Shown here: piece after piece, positions 17,969-25,171 of the stretch
Position numbering within the stretch: the stretch's first letter is position 1
How the letters are laid out: every line of letters starts with the position of its first letter
IMG/VR virus record: IMGVR_UViG_3300037484_000573
Span: 1 to 48,769 of that record
Strand: one strand, 5' to 3'
DNA: 48,769 nt
Source of the DNA: a virus
Taxonomy: Duplodnaviria; Caudoviricetes
Notes under the pieces: model-generated
Databases searched by the model: none
What the model was told of the DNA's origin: nothing
The model's input: only the letters and a program-made list of their open reading frames with translations
Translations under genes and position numbers: made by a program

Positions 17969-18075
17969 TGGACTTCGCAATTATCGTAGCTGCTTGCATC
18001 TGCTCACTTGGCCCAATAGCCGGGGCAGTATCCATTATGGCAGTATTTTATTTGTTGGATAGATTGGGGTTTTAA
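17968..18075 (+). CDS. small membrane protein (35 aa)
   Basis: MDFAIIVAACICSLGPIAGAVSIMAVFYLLDRLGF; TAATG coupling at both ends. Confidence 0.55.
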   Translation: MDFAIIVAACICSLGPIAGAVSIMAVFYLLDRLGF

Positions 18076-19289
18076 TGCTCATCACTCGCCTGATTGCTGC
18101 CTTGACCGTTGTTACCATCGCTGTCTGTGTACTGTTTGCAGATGTGATTATCGCTGCACTGTGGTGGATAGCCCTGATCGGTGGGGTGTTCCTGGCCGGC
18201 GCCGGGCTGATTACATTGGCAGTCGGGGTATTCCGGGCGCTGGGCGCATTTGAGGAATGGCAGGAAAAGCGGGCTACACGTCAACAAAAGAGCCTGCTGA
18301 TTGTACAAGATGGCATAGGGCAATCGTTTCTAATTAGGGCCAAAGATGATATTGTCGCCTTGACTACTAACCCTGGCTTTTTTATTAACGGCAAGGCCGC
18401 AGAGCCTACTCAAGCAGAGCTAATGATGCAAGCGCTATTCTTCCAGGCCATTGGTAAGGGTCATGTCAATCCAGGGCAACAGACTAGCCCGCTAATGTTA
18501 CCGGCCCCTGAATCCGTCCCTGATTTACTGCCCATACTCGACAAAGCGCAGCGGGTACTAATTCGAGCTATCTCAGGCGACGGTAAAACAACGCTCTTGC
18601 AGCACATCGCAGACCGGCGGCAAGGTGGGGTAATCGTGCTCGATTCGCAATCATACCCTGGCAAGTGGCCGGCAAAGTGCAAGGTCATCGGTACTGGCTC
18701 AAACCACGCCGCTATTTCTGTTGCTCTGGACAATCTCATTGAGCTAATGGTCAAGCGATACAAAGAAATCGGAGAGGGGCTAGTCCGGGAAGGTGAACAC
18801 CCCAAATTGACCATAATTATAGACGAATGGATGGCAATTGTCAGTGAGTGCGCTAATGCCTCAGATGTGATCCGCCGATTGCTCACCGAAAGCCGTAAGG
18901 CCGCCTTTAGCGTGTTTATCGCCTCGCACTCGGAACGTATCAAATCGCTTGGCCTGGATGGTAGAGGCGATTTACGCGACGGTTTTTTGATTGTGCGAAT
19001 CGAAAGCGAAAACGGACAATACACAGCGTCTTACGACTACGGACGTGGTGAGCGCCCTTGTCAGTTACCCGGCGAATACCAGAAGGCACAACCCGAACAG
19101 GTATTCGAGATCGAGGCAATAGCAGAGCCAGTTGCCAGTGATGAAGAACAGAGGGTATTGAATCTACTGGATGAGAATAAAAGCTATCGGGTTATTACTG
19201 AAAAAGTTTGGCAGCAGCGCGGTACATTTTACAATGATAAAGTTGACGAAATAGCTAAGAAGTTTGGCCGCGAAGTTAGAAAAAATTAG
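18075..19289 (+). CDS. membrane-anchored FtsK/HerA-superfamily ATPase
   Basis: N-terminal TM helices; Walker A AISGDGKTT, 'ELMVKRY', Walker B IIIDEW, ESRKA; C-terminal HTH-like tail. Confidence 0.75.
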   Translation: MLITRLIAALTVVTIAVCVLFADVIIAALWWIALIGGVFLAGAGLITLAVGVFRALGAFEEWQEKRATRQQKSLLIVQDGIGQSFLIRAKDDIVALTTNPGFFINGKAAEPTQAELMMQALFFQAIGKGHVNPGQQTSPLMLPAPESVPDLLPILDKAQRVLIRAISGDGKTTLLQHIADRRQGGVIVLDSQSYPGKWPAKCKVIGTGSNHAAISVALDNLIELMVKRYKEIGEGLVREGEHPKLTIIIDEWMAIVSECANASDVIRRLLTESRKAAFSVFIASHSERIKSLGLDGRGDLRDGFLIVRIESENGQYTASYDYGRGERPCQLPGEYQKAQPEQVFEIEAIAEPVASDEEQRVLNLLDENKSYRVITEKVWQQRGTFYNDKVDEIAKKFGREVRKN

Positions 19290-19410
19290 ACTTCGCACCC
19301 TAGAACCGTATCATTTCCAGCTTCGCATTTTGTCAATTCAGTCGAGTAGGGGTGCGAAGTAGGCAAATAACGAGTTTTGCAAAACTTATCACAAAGTCGT
19401 GTAAAAACTG

Positions 19411-19439
19411 TTGACAACATCACAACAATGTGTTACAAT
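19411..19439 (+). promoter_or_regulatory. sigma70-type promoter
   Basis: TTGACA-17-TACAAT. Confidence 0.7.
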
Positions 19440-19484
19440 GATTGCAACAAATTAAACATTCTTCTCAAAGAAAGGACTATCAAT

Positions 19485-19961
19485 ATGTCAAATCTAATTG
19501 AAGCAAAAGTAGGCTCTGAGCAACATTCAAGCGCGTGGGGTAAGGGCAACTTGCAGGGTACTCCAAAACTGGTAGCTGAGAATTATCAACGTGACCGACA
19601 TAATAGCTACACCGAAGGCGCAGTAGAAATCAGTGAAGGCACTATCATTTCCTGGTGGACTAGCGCCGGGGATAAATACGGCATGCACACGGCTGATTTT
19701 TACATTCTCAAAAGCGTAGCCAGCGCTGAAATGCTAGAGTTGGCCGGTGGATGCTACGGACGTGGCAATTATCTCAAGGGCAATTTTGAGATTTTAGCTC
19801 ACGCTGAAGGCAAAACAAAAGCCCCCCGCCTTATGAAGTGGTGGAGTGAATGGGCTAAATCAAACGGCGGTCAAACTGAGGCAATGGCTCAACATCTGGC
19901 AGCGCAAATTGAGAAACGTGGTAAATCAGAGCCGGATAAAATGGAGATACAAATTGCTTAA
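19485..19961 (+). CDS. hypothetical protein
   Basis: SD AAAGGA before ATG 19485, downstream of the promoter. Confidence 0.7.
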   Translation: MSNLIEAKVGSEQHSSAWGKGNLQGTPKLVAENYQRDRHNSYTEGAVEISEGTIISWWTSAGDKYGMHTADFYILKSVASAEMLELAGGCYGRGNYLKGNFEILAHAEGKTKAPRLMKWWSEWAKSNGGQTEAMAQHLAAQIEKRGKSEPDKMEIQIA

Positions 19962-20181
19962 TTTTGGTCAATTCATCAAATCAAAAAGGGAGAGCTTGAG
20001 GCTCTCCCAGCAATCCCTAACTGATGCCTGCGGGTTTGTTCACCGTGCCGAAATCAGCCGCTTAGAAGCTGGTAAACTCGAATGGAAGCTGTCTCAGGTT
20101 ATCGCCATAGCCGCATTATTTGGGATGCCAGCCAGTGAGTTATTGAGGGAGTTTGAAGGAACGAATAACGGTTCGCGTTAA
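19954..20181 (+). CDS. XRE-family HTH regulator
   Basis: FGQFIKSKRESLRLSQQSL...EISRLEAGK; TTG start with GGAG SD. Confidence 0.75.
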   Translation: MLNFGQFIKSKRESLRLSQQSLTDACGFVHRAEISRLEAGKLEWKLSQVIAIAALFGMPASELLREFEGTNNGSR

Positions 20182-20283
20182 AAGTGGACAGCCAAACAAA
20201 GTACCTTTGCCGGAAAAGTAAAGTACCTTTGGCCCTTATATTACCCCTCGCAATCGGTTATACTGGCATTATCAAAGTTAAAC

Positions 20284-20583
20284 ATTAACAACTGAGACAT
20301 TCACCGGAAGATAGTTAGAGCCAGTCCAAAGTAGTCTCATTAGACGAAATGGGCGATACTAGCACCGAAGTAGTAAGCGCTGGACAAAAGAAACCCTTAA
20401 CCGCCTAGACAGTGCCACTCCAAGTAGACCTCTCTAAAGAAGTCATAAAACCAACCGAGTGAGCAACGCAGGTAACAAGAGCATAAGGGGAACAGGGGGA
20501 GCGAGTAGTCAAACCAAACAGCGGGCGATGAAATCGGTTAGCAACAAATTGGTAAGCAGCCGGTGAATGTCTTAGAAGTTAAT
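20284..20583 (+). ncRNA. putative large structured RNA (~300 nt)
   Basis: Closed by ATTAAC..CTGAGACATTCACCGG / CCGGTGAATGTCTTAG..GTTAAT; no ORF in the track; inner stems present. Confidence 0.6.
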
Positions 20584-20620
20584 CCCCCGCCCAGAGGCTT
20601 ATCTGGGCAACAGGAGTAAT

Positions 20621-20869
20621 GTGATGTCAGTCAGAAGTCAACATAACCGAACTGAAAATACCGGTACTCGCGTAGGTGATAAGTATTTTATTATCCAGCG
20701 CGGATCAAGCCGGGCAACAGGTAGTAATTCAACCTTGTCATCAATGCGGCAAGCGGCCAAACGGTTTATAGAGACGCCGCAATTTACTGCTGATTGCCTG
20801 TACTATGATGGGTTTATGGTTAATGGAAAATGGCAATTTAGGGCAGTAGGATTAGGGCAAAAGTTCTAA
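20621..20869 (+). CDS. hypothetical protein
   Basis: SD CAGGAG. Confidence 0.6.
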   Translation: MMSVRSQHNRTENTGTRVGDKYFIIQRGSSRATGSNSTLSSMRQAAKRFIETPQFTADCLYYDGFMVNGKWQFRAVGLGQKF

Positions 20870-21111
20870 TGCCTAACCTCACCTGCCCCCTGTGCCACGC
20901 CCCAGTAGGGCAGCACGTAATCTTTGCCGGGGTTCTATCGCACGTAACCCCTTATGGTCAAACTGAAATGGCCCTAGAGGTAGGTGTAGCCCGTCAACAA
21001 TTTATTGACAAACCATCTACTGAAACATTGCAACGCTGGCAAGATACAATGGAGATGCGGGCCGAATACCGCAAGGCGCTAAAGTGGCAAACGAGGGGCA
21101 ATAATTGGTAA
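20869..21111 (+). CDS. hypothetical protein with CxxC
   Basis: CPLCH; coupled start. Confidence 0.55.
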   Translation: MPNLTCPLCHAPVGQHVIFAGVLSHVTPYGQTEMALEVGVARQQFIDKPSTETLQRWQDTMEMRAEYRKALKWQTRGNNW

Positions 21112-21228
21112 GGTACTTGCCCAAGAGGGCATCAAATTGGCCTAAAACTCTGCCCACATGGCACTATAAACCCGTCTCGTTATGGCTTATAATAGAGCCA
21201 TAGTCAAATATACAGGAGCAACCGACCA

Positions 21229-21399
21229 ATGAAACAGCGGAAATTTAGAACTACTCCAACTAATCAAAAAGACCAAATTAAATTTATGAGATTAACCAGT
21301 GACCAAAAAGAACTTGTACTTGATGAAGTTGAACGGCTTTATGATGGTACTCGGACTATGGCTCAATGCTGGAAATTAGCTCTCTTAGGGGCTGAATAA
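21229..21399 (+). CDS. small hypothetical protein (56 aa)
   Basis: Manual translation; SD CAGGAG; TATAAT upstream; TAATG overlap with the next gene. Confidence 0.55.
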   Translation: MKQRKFRTTPTNQKDQIKFMRLTSDQKELVLDEVERLYDGTRTMAQCWKLALLGAE

Positions 21400-21593
21400 T
21401 GCACACTCCCATAATTGCCTCAATTCTCTCCCAACTCGGTTTTGTCACCCGTATCACTTCAAGCGGCGTCATTGTCTCGCTTAGCCGGCCAGTGTCAACG
21501 CTTGAAGTTGAGTACGCCTTAACTCAGGAGTTTGAGGGGATTCAGTTTCAGGTGAGCCGGATTGGTCAAAATTCAATTTTAGTTCAGGAATAG
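21399..21593 (+). CDS. hypothetical protein
   Basis: Coupled small ORF. Confidence 0.55.
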   Translation: MHTPIIASILSQLGFVTRITSSGVIVSLSRPVSTLEVEYALTQEFEGIQFQVSRIGQNSILVQE

Positions 21594-21603
21594 GAACATC
21601 ACA

Positions 21604-21819
21604 ATGAAACACAATGTATCAATTGCAATGACTGAAAAGTATGTCCACATAACCCACTTTGCCCCCTCTGGCAGGCCGGGCTACACAAAAAGCTATCGCA
21701 ATGACAAGATAAGCCAGTACAGCCGTAATCGGGTTTATGCGATAGCTCACAGCAAGGCGACCCGTGCAACTATTAACAAAAGCGGTATTACTCAGTATTT
21801 TATTGAACAAGCTAACTAA
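21604..21819 (+). CDS. hypothetical protein
   Basis: SD AGGA. Confidence 0.55.
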   Translation: MKHNVSIAMTEKYVHITHFAPSGRPGYTKSYRNDKISQYSRNRVYAIAHSKATRATINKSGITQYFIEQAN

Positions 21820-21953
21820 CTGCACCTAGTAGAAACCACGAAAGGATTACCAATGTCACAAGAAAAACAGTTACCCGTTGAAAAAATAGTTGTCAGTCGT
21901 GAAACCGTTGAGCGTGTAGCCAAAGGGTTGTCAGACAACGCAAAGGGGAAGAA

Positions 21954-22151
21954 ATGAGCATAACCGAACAAATAGCCGAACTCAAGTCAATTCGCCGTGA
22001 TCTTAAAGGCGAATTGCGCTATGAGAAAGATGAAGAAGCAAAAGTGGTTCTATCTCAGCAACTTGAAGGCATCGAAGCGGCCATTAAAACTCTTGAGTAT
22101 GTCAAGGCTCAACTTGTGGCTAATGCCTATCTAATCGGGATTGGAGCATAA
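21954..22151 (+). CDS. hypothetical coiled-coil protein
   Basis: Small ORF in a tightly packed run. Confidence 0.55.
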   Translation: MSITEQIAELKSIRRDLKGELRYEKDEEAKVVLSQQLEGIEAAIKTLEYVKAQLVANAYLIGIGA

Positions 22152-22154
22152 ATA

Positions 22155-22391
22155 ATGCAACCCGCCCTATTTTGCCCATCTCATTATACTGGACATTTCG
22201 CAACCGTTCACTTTGTCAGCCCTGAATGGGGTTGGCAATGCACTTTTTGGGAGATGGGCAAACCAGCCGGTCACAAGTGGTTTACGGGCATAATAGAGGC
22301 GCTGTTGGAGTGCTTCAACCTGGGGTTAAGGTTGGCTAGTCCAGCAATGCAACGGGCGTTTACGGAAGATGTTATATTATCAGGAGAATAA
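22155..22391 (+). CDS. hypothetical protein
   Basis: SD GGAG. Confidence 0.5.
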   Translation: MQPALFCPSHYTGHFATVHFVSPEWGWQCTFWEMGKPAGHKWFTGIIEALLECFNLGLRLASPAMQRAFTEDVILSGE

Positions 22392-22394
22392 ACA

Positions 22395-22622
22395 ATGTCA
22401 CTACCAACGCAACACGGCGAAAATATAGCTAATGATATTCAGACAGAAGATGCCTATGGAGATTTTAATGTATTGACTACTGCCGATGTTTGGCTAATCC
22501 TGGACAATCTTCATACGCATTTTATGGATAATGGGAGTGAGAGTCATTCAAATTTGATGGATATGCTGTCAAGTTGGATGCAAGAATTAGAGCAATTCGA
22601 CAACGAATTACCACCGTTTTAA
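22395..22622 (+). CDS. hypothetical acidic protein
   Basis: SD CAGGAG; acidic, ends DNELPPF. Confidence 0.55.
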   Translation: MSLPTQHGENIANDIQTEDAYGDFNVLTTADVWLILDNLHTHFMDNGSESHSNLMDMLSSWMQELEQFDNELPPF

Positions 22623-22644
22623 TGGGCCGCAGTGAAGGGGTAAA

Positions 22645-23151
22645 ATGAAATTCCAAGATATTCCACAAATGACACAGGCACGTTATAGGGTTGACCTAAC
22701 CTGGAAATATTTACAAGATTCTCTAAAACGTTACGATAAAGATTATGGCCTTGACCTCGACCCTGACTTTCAACGCGCCCACGTTTGGACTGAGGCGCAA
22801 CAGATAGCCTATGTTGAGTATCAATTACGTGGTGGTATATCTGGCAAAGATATATTTTTCAATTGCCCCGGCTTTCAAGGCAATCGTAACAAAGTCGGCC
22901 CAATGGTTTTAGTTGACGGTAAACAGCGCCTTAATGCAATTGCCCTATTTCTACAAAATGAGATTCCAGCCTTTGGTTGCTACCTGAAAGACTATGAAGA
23001 TAGGTTGTACTCGCTCTTGAGTTTGAGTGTTCACATTAACAACCTTGACAGTTATCAGGCAGTTTTACAATGGTATCTGGACTTAAACAGTGGCATTGCT
23101 CACACTCAAGAGGAATTAGATAAAGTACGCAAAATGATGATAGAGGAATAA
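22645..23151 (+). CDS. stand-alone DUF262 (ParB/Srx-fold, GmrSD N-terminal-like) protein
   Basis: PDFQRAHVW and LVDGKQRLNAI motifs; ..LDLNSG. Confidence 0.8.
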   Translation: MKFQDIPQMTQARYRVDLTWKYLQDSLKRYDKDYGLDLDPDFQRAHVWTEAQQIAYVEYQLRGGISGKDIFFNCPGFQGNRNKVGPMVLVDGKQRLNAIALFLQNEIPAFGCYLKDYEDRLYSLLSLSVHINNLDSYQAVLQWYLDLNSGIAHTQEELDKVRKMMIEE

Positions 23152-23195
23152 TGGACAAACTAACTGAGGCCATCAAAAACGGTGCACATGGTTGG

Positions 23196-23224
23196 AAGCC
23201 GCTATAACAAGCGGCTTTTTTGTT
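23196..23224 (+). terminator. intrinsic terminator between convergent operons
   Basis: AAGCCGCT-loop-AGCGGCTT followed by a T-run. Confidence 0.75.
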
Positions 23225-23242
23225 ACCCCCAAATCCACCACA

Positions 23243-24037
23243 TCATACCCCAAATAATACCCGGCTTTGTTCGTACAGGCTAAATATTAACGCATCTGAC
23301 AGAGCCTCTTGGCTTAAAAACGCCAACGCAATTCTGCCCGTTATTGGTAGAGTTAAGTCCCCTCTAGCACCTATTAAAAAATTAGCCGTTGAATTAAAAA
23401 TTGTTGCCGGTATGGCCGTAACATTTGTCACTTTATTATTATTGGTAAAAATAGCCACTTCTGTTGAGGGCGTAAATCTACCTACTACAAAAAACCAACT
23501 ACCCGTTGAGATAGTTGTCGCACCTGTAGCTACAAATGTATTAGCGCCGGTACTTGATATAGCCATTTCAACAAAGTTGCCGCCTGTTTTGTAGAGTAGA
23601 TATGATTGCTGATTGCCGGTGGGATTCCACTTATTTATAATTATTTCAGTTGCTCCTAAATTCGTTAGCCATACCCACGCCCCCATCGTCAGGCCACGCG
23701 CCGCCGCCACAATAATCGCCTCATTGCCTAATATGTCAAAATCAGCTTCGTCTGCTCGACTCAGCCAATCGCCTACCCCATCAAAGGCCAGGTATGGCAC
23801 AAGTCCATTGTAAAAATTAAACTGTGGATTCCCGTTGTACGTCAGGGTCTTTGCTTGCCCTGATAAATCAAATGTGTTACCCGTGTTCCGTGACGCCGTG
23901 TTTAGAGGCCAAAAACCGACCAAACCCGGCAAGGTTTGAAATAACAGCTGCGCCCCCACCTCTGGCTTAATCAGTCCGTCAACCTGCCGTTGTAACAAGG
24001 TCAGCCGTTTGACTAGCTCTTGTATCTGAGCATCCAT
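23243..24037 (-). CDS. tail tip/receptor-binding protein with LamG (ConA-like) domain
   Basis: GLVGFWPL..DLSG, FDGVGDWL, TMGAWV, WFFVVG, FLIGA; last gene of the tail module. Confidence 0.75.
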   Translation of the reverse strand: MDAQIQELVKRLTLLQRQVDGLIKPEVGAQLLFQTLPGLVGFWPLNTASRNTGNTFDLSGQAKTLTYNGNPQFNFYNGLVPYLAFDGVGDWLSRADEADFDILGNEAIIVAAARGLTMGAWVWLTNLGATEIIINKWNPTGNQQSYLLYKTGGNFVEMAISSTGANTFVATGATTISTGSWFFVVGRFTPSTEVAIFTNNNKVTNVTAIPATIFNSTANFLIGARGDLTLPITGRIALAFLSQEALSDALIFSLYEQSRVLFGV

Positions 24038-25167
24038 TATGTTATCGTTCCCTCAAATTCAAGTCGTGCCTGGATTGTCTCACTACTATCCTGATTTTTG
24101 TTAATAATCGTTGACCGGATGATAGCCGGGAATTGGATATTTCTATAACGGGCCATAACCTGATAGCCATAATCCCAATCTCTACCAAAACGAGTACCGA
24201 TAGTATCAACCGGGTCAGCGCTAAAATTCACTTTCGGTCTACCCGCATCTAATGCCGCTTGCCCAATGGCAGTTACCCCGTTATTTGTTGCCTCATTTCT
24301 GGCATCAGCAAATCCCTCACATCTCCCCCAAATTGAGACGCCATATCTAGCCGAATCGCTCACCTGCTGAATGTTACGAGCTATTCCCTCACCTTGACCC
24401 CCGGCATAGATATAATTCTCTTCTTCGGTGTAGTCATACTCTAAGTGGGGGTTTTTCATATTGCCACTGGCCTGGTCGAATGTTACTCGGTCAGATACAT
24501 CTTGCCCCGGTTGCCCAATAAAGGTTTGAAACTGAAACGTTATCGAGCTACCTGTAACCACATTAGGCACAATATCAAAGAATACCTCAGTACCGGCTAC
24601 TCTTACCGCCTGTGCTATGGTTGGCAAAACCCCCTGCCCAGAGGAGGTTAAAAGGTAATCAAACGGGAATGAACGGGTAATCGTTGGGCCTAGTCCTAAT
24701 TGCCCTTGTATGCTCAAATTGGGCCATAGGCGTGTGCCTGCGCTAGGAACAGGAGCTACACCATCCGCTATTGCCTCAGTGACAATCTCTTTCATCATGT
24801 CATCAGCAAAGTCGGTTTTAGTGGCTTGTGCTGTGCCAGCATATGCGGCTACAATGCGCCGACGTAACAAGTCGTTACAATCTGGCCCTGATATGGTTAT
24901 CTGTTCCTGTGACCCTTCATAATCAAAGTTGAATTTACGGATAAAATAAGGACGCCATAAACCCAATCTACCCCCTTCCGGCGCTCTCCAAATTTGCACC
25001 ATAAAGTCAGGTTTAATAATTGAGAGGTCAAAACTTTTGGGTAAAGAGAGGTTAAACCAGCCGATTTTGTTTACCAGTCGAGAGGCTTGAAAACCTAATG
25101 CGGTAGAGAGTTGAGCAACACGAAGGCCGGCGCTATTAGTCAACCACAATTCGTAAGTTCCACTCAT
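24037..25167 (-). CDS. minor tail protein (siphovirus ReqiPepy6 gp37-like)
   Basis: LLRRRIV, YAGGQGEGIARN, RCEGFADAR, FGRDWDYG; position after the Dit-like gene. Confidence 0.7.
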   Translation of the reverse strand: MSGTYELWLTNSAGLRVAQLSTALGFQASRLVNKIGWFNLSLPKSFDLSIIKPDFMVQIWRAPEGGRLGLWRPYFIRKFNFDYEGSQEQITISGPDCNDLLRRRIVAAYAGTAQATKTDFADDMMKEIVTEAIADGVAPVPSAGTRLWPNLSIQGQLGLGPTITRSFPFDYLLTSSGQGVLPTIAQAVRVAGTEVFFDIVPNVVTGSSITFQFQTFIGQPGQDVSDRVTFDQASGNMKNPHLEYDYTEEENYIYAGGQGEGIARNIQQVSDSARYGVSIWGRCEGFADARNEATNNGVTAIGQAALDAGRPKVNFSADPVDTIGTRFGRDWDYGYQVMARYRNIQFPAIIRSTIINKNQDSSETIQARLEFEGTIT

Positions 25168-25171
25168 TGGG

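Noticed and set aside
18075-19289. FtsK-like ATPase as the genome-packaging motor
   Set aside because: It is membrane-anchored, lies far from the virion genes on the opposite strand, and the phage has a siphovirus tail that implies a terminase outside the window.
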